DNA of 64,000 bases, taken from assembly GCF_009914755.1 (NCBI RefSeq), contig NC_060934.1; one strand, 5' to 3'. The notes beneath the pieces are model-generated. The model made no database searches and was not told where the DNA came from. It saw only the letters and a program-made list of their open reading frames with translations. Both the position numbers and the translations under genes were made by a program. This document shows, piece after piece, positions 25,574-39,580 of this stretch. How positions within the stretch are numbered: position 1 is the first letter of the stretch; every line of letters begins with the position of its first letter. The stretch comes from the human T2T-CHM13v2.0 reference genome, Homo sapiens.

Positions 25574-28504
25574 ACATCTATGAGAAACCCAGAGCCAACA
25601 TCATACTTCATGGTAGGAGACTGATGCTTTGCTCCTAAGATCAGGAACAAGACATGGATGTCACTCTCACCACTTCTACTTAATGTTTTCCTAGAGGATC
25701 TAGCCAGGGAAATTAGGCAAAAACAAAAATAGAAGACATTCAAAATAGAAAGGGAGAAATAAAGCTCTCTCTGTTTACAGATGACAATATCTTATATATA
25801 AAAAAATCCCAAAGAATCCACTAAAAATCCATTAGAATAAATGAATTAAGCATGATTACAAAATTTAAAAAATCGGTTGTATTTCTGTACACTGGAAATA
25901 AATAATCTGAAAATAAAATTAAGAGAAATATTTTGTTTACAACATTGAAAATAATAAAATTCTTTGTGATAAACTAAACAAGAAATGCAAAAACATGTAC
26001 CCTGAAACCTGTAAAATATTGTGCAAGAAATTAAAGAAGACCTACATAAGTGGATAAACATTCCATGTTCATGAATCTGAAGATTTAACATTAAGATGGC
26101 AATAATTCCCAAATTGTTCTAACAGATTCAATGCAATCACTGTAAGAATCCTGAATTACTTATTTGTAGAAATTGACAAGCTAATTCTAAAACTTATATG
26201 GAATTCCAAGTGATCCATAACCTTGGGGGAAAAAAAGAACAAAGTGGAGGACTCATACTTTTTTTTATTTCAATAGTTACTATAAAGCAACAGTAAGCAA
26301 GGTTGTATACTGGCATTAGGATAGACGTATAGCTGAATGAAATCGAATTTAGAGTCCATACATACACCCATACATTTATGGTTGAGTGATTTTCATCAAG
26401 GGTCCTAAGACCATTAGAAGGAGAAAGAAATCTTTTCAACTAATAGTGCTGGGACAATTGGAATGTCACATGCAAAAGAATGAGGTTGGACCCCTACCTT
26501 ATACCATATGCAATAATTAACTCTACATGGACCAGATTCCTAAATGTAAGAGCTAAACTGTAAAATTCTTATGATAAAACGTAGCGGTAAATCTTCCTGA
26601 CCTTGAATTTGGCAAAATATTCTTGGATATGACACTAAAAGCATGAGCAATGAGAGAAGAAATAAGCTAGACCTAATTGCAATTAAAAACTTTTTGCTTC
26701 AAAGGACACCATCAAAAAAGTGAAAAGACAACAGAATGGAAGTAAATATTTGCAATCTGATAATCTATACCTAAAAAAATTTAAAAATTTTGTCAATTAA
26801 TAATAAAAAGACAATCAAGTTAAAATACAATCAAATTATTTGAATAGAAATATCTGCAAGAAAGACCACAAATGGTCAATAAACAAAGGACACTCAACAT
26901 CATTCGTCATCAGGTAAATACAAATAAGACCACAATGAGGTACCACTTTACACCCCCTTGATGGTTGTAATCAGAAAGTCAGATAAAAACAAATGTTGCT
27001 GAAGAGTTGAAGAAATTGGAACCTCATATACTGTCGAGTATGTACAATGGTGCAGCCACTTTGGAAAACAATCTGGCAGTTCATCAAATGATTAAAGACA
27101 GACTTTCTATATGATCCAGAAATTCCAATCCTAGGTGTGTACCCAAGAAGAGTAAAAACATATGTGCACATAGAAACTTGTATACAAATACTTATAGCAG
27201 CATTATTCATAATTTCCAAAAGGCAGAAGGAACCCAAAATGAATGAACAAAATATTCTTTAGTCATAAAAATAATAAAGAACTGATACATGTTACAACAT
27301 GAATAAACCTTGAAAACATTATATTAAGTGAAAGAAGTCAGTCACAAAAGAGCACATATTATATGAATCCATTTATATGAAAGTTTTAAATAGTGAAACC
27401 TATAGAGTTGGAACATAGTAGTTGCTTAGGCTTGGGTGTGGAGCAGGGGAACACAGGATGAAAGTAGGATGATAGCTAAAGGGGATAGAGTTTCTTTCTT
27501 GAGGTCATAAAAATGTTATAAATTTGACTCTGGTGATAATTAAACATATCTGTAAAATGTACTTAAAACCATTGAGTTGTACAGTTTAAATGGGAAAACT
27601 GTACAGTGTATGAATTATATCTCAATAAAGCTTTAAAAAAAGAAGAAATAGAAAATATAAATAGACCTATAATTGAAAATGAGATTGAACCAGTAGTCAA
27701 AAATCTCATAACAAAGAAAAGTCTTGAACCAGATGGCCTGCCTTGTGAATTGTATGACTCGTTTTAAGAAGAATTGACACAAATCTTTGTCGAATTCTTC
27801 CAAAGAATAGAAAAGGAAAAACTTCCTAACTCATTCCATGAGCTCAGCATTACCCTAATGCCAAAGCCAAAGGTACACGGGAAAACTATAGATTGATATC
27901 CTTTACAAATGCAAATGTAAGAATGCTCAAAAATACTAGCAAACAACATTTTAAAATGATTATACGCCATGATCAAATGGTGTGCAAGAGTAGTTCAATA
28001 TATAAAGGTCAATAAATTCCATATATTATGTCAAAAGAATAATTTTAAAAATCACATGACTATTTCAATAGATGCATAAAAAGCATCAGACAAAATCTAA
28101 CAGCCTTTTAAGATTAAAAACGCTTAGCAAACTATAACTAGAAGGGAAGTTCCTCAATCTGTCAATGGACACTAAAATGAAAAGCAAAAAACAACAACAA
28201 CAAAAACCCCACAGTTAACATTATACTCAATGGTAGGAAAATAAATAAAAGGCATCTAAATAGGAAAAGAAGAAGTAAAACTACCCTTGTTTGTTGATGA
28301 CATACACAGAAAATCCTAAAGAACCCATACACAAAAAGTATCATAGATAATGAATTCAGAAAATTTGCAGGATTAACATAGAAAAGTCAGGTATATTTTT
28401 ACATATTAGCAATGAAGAATTGAAAGTGAAATTAAGAAAACAATTCTGTTTACAATAGTGTTTATAAGAATACAATACCTGGCAATAAATGTATCCAGGC
28501 AAAT

Positions 28505-28907
28505 TGTTATGAGCTGAATTGTGTCCCCACAAAATTCATGTTAAAGCTCTAATGCCCAGTTCCGAAAAATGTGACTATATTTGGAGATAGGGCATTAAAG
28601 AGGCAATAAAGTTAACATAAGGCTCTTATAGTGTGGGACTTAATCAATCTGACTGGTGTCTTTATAAGAAGAGAAAATTTGGACACACAAACACTAGTTA
28701 TGTACACTCACAGAGAAAAGACCATGTGAAGACACAGTGAGAAGTCATCCATCTGCAAGCTAAAAACAGAGCATCAGAATGAAACCAAACCCACCAACAG
28801 CTTCATCTTGGACTTTCAGCATCCAGAAATGAGAGAAAATAAATTTATGTTGCTTAAGACACCTAATATTTGGTATTTTGTTACGGCAGCACTAGCAAAG
28901 AAATACA
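28505..28907 (+). mobile_element. MaLR LTR, MLT1B-like
   Basis: tgttatgagctgaattgtgtcccc..tggtattttgttacggcagcactagcaaagaaataca. Confidence 0.85.
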
Positions 28908-29969
28908 AGGTGAAATCTACAAAATATTGCTGAAAGAAATTATGGAAGACTTAAGTAAGTGGAAAAACTTATATACATGGGTTGGAAGACAATATTATTA
29001 AGATGACAATGCTACCTAAATAATCTATAGATTCAGTATAATCCTTACTAAAATTCTCATGGCCATTTTTACATAAATAAAAATGCTGATTCTTAAATTT
29101 AATTAGAATTGCGAAGGCATCCAAATAGTTAAAACAGTCTTGAAAAAGAAGAACAAAGTCAGCTGACACACACTCCTGATTTCAAAACTTAGTACAAAAC
29201 ATTTGTAATTAAAACAGTGTCATATTGGCATAAAGACAGACATATAAGTAAATGGAAAAGAATTGAGATCCAGAAGTAAACTGAGACATACTTGTGGTCA
29301 ACAGGGTTTGGACAAAAGAAAAATAAAAGTCTTTTCAACAAATGGTGCTATCACAGCACAATGCCTATAGGGGAAAAAAAAAAAGAATTTTGACCACTAC
29401 CTCACACTGTATATCCATATTAACTCAAAATGAATCATGAGTCTTAATGTAAAAGCTAAAACTATAAAAATTTTAAGATATTACATAGGGGCATATCTCT
29501 ACTGACCTAAATTTGTCAATGGATTTTTAGGTGTGACAACAAGAGATGACATAAATAACATTAAAATTCAAAATTTTGTGCGTCAAAGGATGTTATTTAA
29601 AAAGTGAAAAGACTACAAAGTGGGATAAAATATTCACAAATCATATATCTGATAAGGATCTGGTATCTAGAATATGTAAAAAACTGTTATAACTTAAAAG
29701 ACAAGAAAAACAATTTAAAAATTGGTAAAAATCTTGAATAGGCATTTCTTCAAAGAAATAAAAATGGCCAAGAAGCACCTGAAAATATGTTCTACATTAT
29801 TAGTCATTAGAGAAATGCAAATCAAACACATAATGAAATACCACTTTATACCCACTAGGATTGCTACAAGTAAAAGAAGAAAAATAAAAGTAAATGACAA
29901 TGTGGAAACATTTGAACCCTCGTATGTACCTGGTGGGAATGTAAAAGATGTAGCTACTTTGGAAAATGG

Positions 29970-30881
29970 ACTGATAGCAGCCATTCTGACTAGTGTGAGA
30001 TGATGTCTCACTGTGGTTTTTATTTGCATTTCTCTAATGATCAGTGATGTTGAGCTCTTTTTTTTCTTATGATTGTTGCCCGCATGTGTGTCTTCTTTTG
30101 AAAAGTGGTCTGCTCATGTCCTTTGCCCACTTTTTACAGGGGTTTGGTTTTTTTTGCTTGTAAAAGTTTCTCATAGATGCTGTATATTAGACCTTTGTCA
30201 GATACACAGTTTGCAAAATTTTTCTCCTGGAAAAAAAGGAACACTTCTACACTTCTGGTGCGAGTGTAAATTAGTTCAACCATTGTGGAAGACAGGGTGG
30301 TGATTCCTCAAAAACTCTAAAAACAGAAATACAATTTGACCCAGCAGTTCCATTACTGGGTGTATATACAAAGGAATAGAAATCATTCTGTTATAAAGAT
30401 ACATGCGTGCGTATTTTCATTGCAGCATTATTCACAATAGCAAAGACATAGAATCAACCTCAATGCCTATTAGTGTTAGACTGGATAAAGAAAATGTGGC
30501 ACATACACGCCATGGAACACTATGTGGCCATAAAAAAGAATGATATCATGTTTTTTGCAGGAACATGGGTGGAACTGGAGGCCATTATCCTTGGCAAACT
30601 AATGCAGGAACAGAAAACCAAATACGGTATGTTCTCACTTATAAGTAAGTGGGAGCTATACAATGAGAACCCATGGACAAGCAGAGGGAAACAACACATA
30701 CTGGGGCCTATCAGAGGGTGGAGGGTGGGAAGAGGAAGAGGATCAAGAAAAATAACTAATAGGTACTAGGCTTAATACCCAGGAGACAAAATAATCTGTA
30801 CAACAAATGTTCATGACAGTTTACCTACATAACAAACCTGCACATATACCCCTGAACTTAAATGTTAAATTTAAGAAAAAA
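29970..30881 (+). mobile_element. 5'-inverted primate L1 (older L1PA/L1PB-like), twin-priming structure
   Basis: 29970..30227 antisense and 30228..30881 sense with A-rich tail; TSD gaaaatgg at 29962-29969 and 30882-30889. Confidence 0.9.
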
Positions 30882-31074
30882 GAAAATGGTTTGAAAGTTC
30901 CTCAGAAAGTTAAGCATACAATTAGTATTTAACTCAGCAGCAATTCCACTCCTGGGTACCTCAAATTAAAAATAGTTACTCAAATGCTTGTTCATGAGTG
31001 TTCATAGTAGTGCTATTGACAATAGCCAAAAGGTGGAAACAATGTGTTTATTATGGATGAATGGACAGGATATC

Positions 31075-31442
31075 AAGATTAACACTTCCTCTTCCTCTTT
31101 CTTCTCAGCCTACTCAACTCGAAGAAGATGAGGCTGAAGACCTTTATAATGATCCATTTCCACTTAATGAATAGTAAATATATTTTCTCTTCCTTATGAT
31201 TTTCTTAATAACATTTTCTTTTCTCTGGCTTTATTGTAAGAATATAGCATGTAATACATATAATATACAAAATATGTGTTAATTGATTGTTTATGTTAAT
31301 GGTAAGGCTTCTAGTTAACAGGCAAGGCTTCTGATCAATGGTAGACTATTAATAGTTAAATTTTGGAGAAATGAAAAGTTATATGTGGATTTTCATCTGT
31401 ATAGAGGCACCCCTAACCTCCACATTGTTCAAGGGTCAGCTG
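31075..31442 (+). mobile_element. Tigger2a/MER28 3' portion
   Basis: gaagaagatgaggctgaagacctttataatgatcc; terminal ttgttcaagggtcagctg then TA. Confidence 0.85.
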
Positions 31443-31612
31443 TATTTAATTTCCTCAAACTGTAGTTCTTTAATATCTCTTTTATTTACAACATTTGCTC
31501 TTATTGTAATGATACGAGCATGTGTTTGAATTTTCTGGAGACACTAAAAAGTAAGATTTTGTCTTTTTGTTTTAGGTTCATTATTCTTCCCAGAAAATCT
31601 GTTTCTTACTGG

Positions 31613-32083
31613 TGTTAACAAAAGACCATGAGATCTGCAGAAGAAAAAGGGAGAGCTTTATTTTCTACATCAAACAAACAAAAATCTTCAGATTGGGGAG
31701 ACATAACCCCTGGTGTAAAAGGAAAGCATGTTTCAGAGAACTGAGAGGGGCTCTGACTAAAATAGGGAGAGTTCCTGCTCCAGGCCTTCAACTGGGTCTT
31801 TATATGTAAATGAAAGATTTAAATACATTCAGTCCAGATTGGTTGAGAACGACTGAGTCCCAATTGGGTAGTTTCTAAGCCCCAAACCAGAAGTCGGTTG
31901 TCTGGCCCTTTTAGTGGGGCTGGGGGTGCTTTCTGGTCACCTGTCTCAGCTCTGGTTTCAGGAACTGTCTTAGCTCAGACTGGAGCTGCCTTCTCCAGCA
32001 ACAAAGGGTGTGTGACTGCCCTTGTCTCACTCACCGTAGCTACTGTTTCTTATTATTTTAATATGGGTGTGTCTATCAGCTAC
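31613..32083 (-). mobile_element. Probable ERV1 LTR, subfamily uncertain
   Basis: tgttaac...ctaca ends; antisense poly(A) signal (tttatt) and gattgg CCAAT boxes. Confidence 0.5.
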
Positions 32084-33477
32084 AGAGTCTTTCCTTCCAT
32101 ATTCTTTTGCTTTCTCTTTTTCAAAGAAAAAGAGAATTAAAGGCTTCAATTTCCCTTCTCTTTTTTCTTGGTTTACTAGTTTGTTTTCTCTAATACTTCA
32201 GTTTTTCTCATTTAGTTGCTGATTGCTGGGTTTTTGTTTTAGTGGGAGTGAGCCAGGAGGAGGCAATTTCCACAAATGCCAGTGTAAGGAGGGCTTATTT
32301 TCCCAATAATCTAGTTTCCCAGGAGCATTTTCTTTAATTTCTTAAGAAAAGAGCCTTTTTTTCTTTTGATGTCATTTGTTTTGTTTGAATCATATATGCT
32401 GTACTGCTTGTCACTGTGCTTGTGGGGGCCATGGTTGAGGCGATTGGCACTATAGTTTTCAATATAGACCTTGAATTATCTCCTCTATTTACTGGCATGT
32501 ATATTTGAGCTGCAACTTTCATTTTCGGTTTCAAATAAAAATATTTTTTCATCCACTTTTTGTCTTCCAGAAAGTAATCTTAACTTTCATGTGCTGATGA
32601 TGCTGTCTTCTGCCCCTCCCTTTATCGGTCAATTCCATGATAAATTATTTGACTGTTATTTTATTGGTTCTCATACTGGCGGGTAGCAAATGTTTGTGCT
32701 CAGTCTATTGGCTGACACCAGGATTCTCGTGAAATTAACAGTTTTCCTTCAGATATTTTTAAAGCTATGTTGCTTAGGTCATGGCATAGGTTATGACTTT
32801 GGTTTCCTTACTGTAAACAAACTTTCAATTAAGTCCAATGTGTTCAGCCCTCTGTATTTCCATCTTCAAAATTCTGAAATTAGACCCCTTTGGAAGCTCT
32901 TCTGAGCAGATAATAGGGGAGATGAAGGTGGAGGTGGCCTAATTATTATATTTCATAATGGCAAGTCAATATATTTAGAATAGAGCACGCAAGCCAAGAA
33001 ATAGATATGCAAACATATTATTAAGTATAATAAAATTATTGTCAGAAGAACAAGTTAAAAGTGTTTGTCCCTGGGGAATAGGATTAAGCATATAGTGAAT
33101 CAAGAATACATTGCTGTTGCTTGTAAGCTCCCAGGCATTCTTTCAGTTTTTACCTATGTGCCTCTTTTGATTTTCTATTTTTAGTTTTTCTAGTGGTCTT
33201 ATCCTTAATTCTAAATAATGTTCTACAGTTCTATTTTACATTTTCTAAACAGTAGGCATTATCCACTCACTCTCCTTACTAGAAAAGAGGAAGAGTTGCC
33301 TTATCCTGGTTTTCTTTGTCTCTCCTTTTCCCAGTTATTAAGATGCATGTCCATGCATTGATGGTTGTTGTTGTGATTGTTGTTTTGGTTGCTTTTTTTC
33401 CCTCTTCCTCCTCTGTTTCCACTTGTTCTTCTTCCTCAAAAATGAGGCAAAAATATGTGGGGTGATCCAAAGCAATG

Positions 33478-33908
33478 TGGTGAGTGCTCATGTGTGTTGC
33501 CTGGACCCTCCCTTAGGGACTGAAACACACGATTTCCCCAGTTCAGGGAGTGTTGACTGCAGAAGAATTACATCTGCATTGCTCTCTGGTCACTCCTGTT
33601 GGTCTGGGAACTGCCTTGCTCAAGGTCTATCCCCTCCCTGGGGCAGCTGACATCTAATAACTGTTCAGTGAGAAAATAAAAAAGGCTCAACTCCCTTGTC
33701 TCGATTTGAGATAACTCTGAAGAACCACCCTAGCTCCAGAACTTTCCGGGAGATCAGCTAAGGGCTCTGGTGCAGCTGAACAATTCTAACTTCTCACTCT
33801 GCTTTGTCCTGCTTCCTTCTATGCTTTGCTGGAGTTGATTCCAAAAGCACCCCCACAATAAACCTCCCCATCTCAGAGCCTGTTTCCTGGAGAATTGAGC
33901 ATACCATA
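33478..33908 (+). mobile_element. LTR16-like (ERVL) LTR
   Basis: gggaactgccttgctcaagg..caataaacctccc..tctcagagcctgtttcctgg. Confidence 0.7.
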
Positions 33909-33933
33909 TTAGAAGTCATAAAAGTAAGCACTG

Positions 33934-34330
<397 letters not shown>

Positions 34331-35624
34331 TTATATCATATTTGCTTTTCACCATGTTAAAAGCAAATAAAATTCGGGACTGTTGAAGTTTAAGAAAAAC
34401 AAACTATAAACTATAAAGAAAACTAATGATTCAATATGGCAATTTTAGAACTGCATTTGTCATCCAACTTGTATCAATTCCCATTGAAATTATACAAAAG
34501 GTCAGGCTTGGAAACCATGTCAGCAATTTTGTGGAATTTTGCAGACTCTTTTCAGCAGATATACTAGAAAAGCATACTGTATTGAGGAAAGGGCTAATGG
34601 ATCAATATTAATTTTATATGGGGAAAATACTTATGTAACAAATATTTCCTGAGCACTTATTGTGTGTGTGTGGGGGCAGGCAATAAGCAAATGAACCTGT
34701 AATACATAACATGTCAGAGGGTGATAGCTGCTGAAAGAAAGATAAAAGAGAGTCATGGCAAGAGGGGCTGTAAAGAGGAAGAAAGGTGGGTCATGGGCAG
34801 ATTTTGGAGGAAATGAATTCAATGCTTTTGGCAAGTGCACTAAGGACTGTCATGCTCAGTAAAAGAGGAACTCTCAAAGCTGCCTCCTAATCAGGAGGTT
34901 GCCAATTACGGGATGGACAGGAAGGCTGCTTTGACTAACTTCATGCTTTCATAGGAAGTTCAGAAAGCCAATAATTTGGCAAAGTAATGAAAACTCTATG
35001 TCTACTTTAGAATTCTAATAAAGAAAAGTGAACATCTAAACTGTCTGTTTATTCTTCATGAGATTTGAAAATTGTGGAGAGGCTCAATCTCTGAAAGAAA
35101 TTATCTCTGAGTCTCTGAAAGATTAATCACCTGATCTATCATCTCAGCCAATCAGGCTCCCTTCACTGACCTCTCTAAAGATGGATAAACAGAAGGAAAA
35201 AGTTATCAGAGGGAAAAAGCATTTCAATGTTTATAAAGGTTGGCTTAATTCAAGGAAGCAAAGTGAATGAGACATTTGAGGCAAATACTACAAGTGAAAA
35301 AGAAAATGGGAGCAAGTCTAATTCAAATGGGTTAAAGAGATCAAAATAAAAGATTCCAGTGAATTAAAAGTGAAATAATCTGACATACAGAAAGTTTTCC
35401 TAGAAATGAAAAACATTCATTTCCAAAAATTTGAAATAGATTAAAGGAGACAGTGAAAAGCAGACTAGATTCTGCAGAAAGGCAAATCATAAGTTGTGAT
35501 GACAAAGTAAGAAATTCTCTCTGATTCAGAGGAAACAAATGAGGTGAATAAATAGAGGAGAGGTTTAAAAAGACATGGAGGACATGTCTGGAATTATAGA
35601 ACAGGGGCAAAGGGAAAATGGATA

Positions 35625-35870
35625 ATAATAAAAATAGGCATTTACTGAGTGGTTACCATAGGCCCAGACCCTGTTCCAGTTTTTCAGCCTGTGTTTACTT
35701 TCTTAATTCTCATAACAATCTTAGAGGGTAAATTATAATATCTTCACGTTATAGTTCACGAAAATTAGGCATGAAGTGATTGTGGAATTTGCCCAAGGAC
35801 ACATAGTTCAGAAGAAAGGAGCTGGGATCTAAATCCAAGATTCTAATCATGATGCTATGCTGTCTTTGAA
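35625..35870 (-). mobile_element. MIR
   Basis: aataataaaaataggcatttactgagtg..aatttgcccaaggacacatag. Confidence 0.75.
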
Positions 35871-37148
35871 AATTAAATGAAGTATAAAACAGAAATGACT
35901 CAGTTTTATTTTCATTATCAGATTGAAAGGACTTTGTAAGTAACTTGATTGCTTCTCACTTCGGTGTCATAGTTTGGAAAGATTAATGTACCATGAGATT
36001 ATTTAAATGTTGGGTTTATTTTCTATACTCTTATATTGGATAGCTTTTTTTAATACACCTGGACTAAATACTAGTGCATTATGTAAGCTAAAGGTAGTAT
36101 ATAATTATTTCTAAATAATTACATTATTATCCCAGGCAACTTACAGAATTTGACAAATTTTCCAGTGATTTGACCTGTCATCTCTATATGCTAAAGTTGG
36201 CAAATAAATATTTCTACTTAATTCTGAGTACATTTTATAATTAAAAATTGTTTATACAGTTATCGAGTTAACTGAGATTTTAAAATTCATTAATATCAGG
36301 TTGTTTATAGAGCTCCTTTTTACATATAACTATTTTCTTAGCATCTGTGGTCATACACAACTTTTTATTTGCAGTTTGCTTTGTTTATTTAGGATGGGCT
36401 TAAAGAGTTTGGCAGAGGGATTATGAGGGATCTTACCTACTTCATGAAGTTAAACTGGGGACTGGAAGGGATTTCTTCAAACTTCTTTTTGAAACCTTGT
36501 GTGAGATCCTGTACTGGTTCCTTGGGCTGGACTCACCCTCCCCCTATCAAAGCCATGTTTGTGGTCTTATATAACATAACATCTGCAGCCTGAAGCCTGG
36601 GGCTTAGTGGGCCCATGGGGCCATCATGATTCTGGCTTGCTTGCTCTGCCTTTCCCTGGTGTAAGTATTGTAACTATGGCATCCTGGCCAAGTATGTAAG
36701 ACTCCAACTTAATCATGTGCAGTCAGACAGCAGAGACTGTTGAAAAAGATGACTTTCTCTTTATTTATACCACCATGGTATTCAGGATGTGCTCTCCAAG
36801 GAGAACTGGAGCCTGTAAGATGTGGATGAGTTGTGCATCAGTGGTGCTTGACAGTACAGTGCCTTACTTAGTCTTTCTACAGCTTCACCTAACTCTAATG
36901 ACTGTCAGTTATTTGCAAGTATGGAAGGTCCCCGTGAGCTGAATGCCTGCAAATATTTAATGTATGTCATGCTGCTTGAGGACAAGATCAGCCACTATTC
37001 CTCTGCAAAATTCCTGGTCCAAGGTCCTGTGCTGAAGCTTTATGCAAGGTTGTTGATTGTTTAATTGTGTATCACAAGCAAAGAAATAAAGAGCCTGAAT
37101 GGATAATGGTAGGCAATTAGCAAAACAAATTATTTGAGATACATCATG

Positions 37149-37657
37149 TGTAGTAGACAGAATTTTGGTCCCTGTAATCTCTGCTACCTTGGTGTTACTC
37201 CTGTGGTTATGTTGTGTTAAGTGGCAAAAGGGAATTTGCAGATGGGTTACTAGTTAGTTTATATTTAAATAGGAAAATTATCCTGGATATTTAGGTGGCC
37301 CAGTGTAAACACTCGAGGCCCTAAAAGCAGAGGAGGAAGGCAGAGAGGGGCAGTAGAAGGGGAAGCCAGAGATATAGGAAGCACAAGAAAGATTTGCCAT
37401 TATTGTTGGCTTGAAGATGAAAGAGATACTCTGTCCAAAAACAGGAGCATCAATCCTACAATTGCAAGGAACAGAATTCTGCCCATAGCTAGTGAGCTTG
37501 GAAGAGGGTCCCAAGCCCCAGGTGAGAACTGCAGCCCCTGCCAATACTTCGATTTCAGCCTTGTAAGACCCTCAGAAACTGCAAGATAATAAATAGGCCT
37601 TATTTAAGCTGCTAAGTTTGTGGTAATTTGTTATGGCAACAATAGATAACTAACACA
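37149..37657 (+). mobile_element. MaLR LTR, MLT1E-like
   Basis: tgtagtagacagaatt..ggcaaaagggaatttgcagatg..taagtttgtggtaatttgttatggcaacaatag. Confidence 0.85.
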
Positions 37658-39580
37658 TGATATGAAATACCATGAAAGGAAATGCCATGTATCTCTTAAA
37701 ATTGTCTTGGAAGTAATCATGTGTTGAATTGCAAAATGAAATTCAAAGTATGACTCTGATGTGTAGAAAAAATGTACTTTTCTTAATTTTTATCTATAAT
37801 TTATACAACCTTCTCTCTCAAGTCCCTACCCACAGGTTAGTGGGAAGAATGACCTGTGTTTAGTCTTGCTTTAAGCCTAGTCCAGGCTGATAACTTAAAT
37901 GGTAACTTTGGGTAATATTGAGTCACTTTTTCATAAAAAATACTGTTTGTCTTAATTTCTTCCCCTCCTCATGCTTCCTTCTCTCAGATGGGAGGATATG
38001 TTTGAAATTGCATCCAGGAGGTGATTTAGGAGAACACATGGCATTGGACGGGAAAAATGATCCTCTAATCTTCATGGTGACTTTTAATTTATGCTTAGTC
38101 TGCTGGTCTTCAGGACAATATTCCTTCTGCCTGAACTGTTGGCCCCGCTGGCATTCAAGACAGAAAATTTTGACTAATATAAGTCATATGCCCATCATTC
38201 TCAGCTATGTTGGGCCTCTGTTCTCTTTGGCTGACTCTGCTGTGCCCACCTTGTGTCTCCCTGGCAGAAGAAGACTGACGTTTGGCTGGGTCTCTGCTGT
38301 GGTTCAGTTCAGAGGAAGTGCTTTGTGGCAGCTGCTAGAGACTCCCCTTGCTCCCTTCCTGGTGCCCTTCAACATGCTCCACAGCAGGACTCACAACATC
38401 TTTGAATCCCATGTCTATCACACGGAAACTAGGAATGGCTCAGGAAGAGCCACATCTCCCTGGTCAACAGGTCATGGCCAAACCTGAGATGAAGCAGGGC
38501 CATTTATCTGCTTGTCTCAATGCCTTTTTTTCTGTCTTTCTCTTTTCCTATTACGTCTCCTCTGTCATAGCCTCCTATCATCAAGAGAAAAGCTTTATGA
38601 ATTTATTGTCCTGTGTAGAAGGTCTATCTCTGCCAAACTGTGGGAGAACTCTGTAAGTATGTATCTGTCAGGCACGGCCGCTGCAATTTTAAATAGAGGA
38701 GATAAAGAAATTTTGAAAATCCTGTCTCAAAATGCTTGCCTCTCAAGCTAATTTTCTTGTGGCAAAATCCTAGTTTTCTTATCAGAAGCTGATTATTGCT
38801 TTGTTCTTTCCATTTCTTCTGAAACATATGTTCAACTGCCTGCAGAAAGATGGATAAGGTAAGAGAGAGAACACATTAATAATGTTCAAAATATCAACAC
38901 ATTAGAATTACTTACTGTCTTCGATCCTATCTTATTAAAGAATAAAGTTATAAAACAGTGAAAAAATTGTAATCATATAGAAGAAAATTGAAAACCTGAA
39001 CACAAAGTTAATTTCAATTGCATAGTAGAAGGCTTGTGGAGATTTTGGATTTATTTTTTGTCTCTTTTTTTTCCAATTTTTCTTCTGTGAATTTACATTA
39101 TTTTTTATAACTTCACAAAAATAACGTATTATATTTAAAACTTAGGATACTTAATCCACATATTCTTCCTTCTTTTTTCCCCTTTTTGTTCTAATTTATT
39201 CCTTCAGTTACTTCCTCTGTCTCAGGTACCGAAGTGCCAAAATTGGTTAATCTTTTGCTCAACTTAGCGTCCTCATGCAATTTGAAGTTACAATTCAACA
39301 TGAATTCAGAGATTTTCAGCATAGCTCTATGGCCCTCTCAGAATATTAATATTTCCAGCTTTTCATGTTTTTTGAAATGCATCATTATTCTATGATTCTA
39401 TGTGTATTTGGCTTTATATTAGTTTAATGTTTTAATAGCTAAATACTTATAGCTCAGGTATGTAGTTTTAAAATAAGTATTTATTTCATTACTTTGATTA
39501 TCCAATACTGTGTGAGATCAGGGTACCATCAGGAGACAGAACATACTAGTTATTTGAACAGAGATAATTTAACCAGACAC

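Larger units (their letters stand above)
22915..31060 (+). mobile_element. Composite old L1M region: 5' UTR, ORF1 and ORF2 remnants from at least two L1 copies plus nested inserts
   Basis: 5' UTR (aatcaactttgtcagaactctgg), ORF1 (gaagaaataatgactgaaaacttcccaaatttg), RT-to-3' end 25574..27640 ending aataaagctttaaaaaaa, then ORF2 restarts further upstream at ~27641. Confidence 0.85.

Noticed and set aside
36400-37050. Possible processed pseudogene or exon
   Set aside because: The translations I tried match nothing I recognise and there is no poly(A) or TSD; only an isolated minus-strand donor near 36437.
37918-38487. Longest ORF (189 aa)
   Set aside because: TTG start, no recognisable domain or exon structure; compatible with chance in 64 kb.
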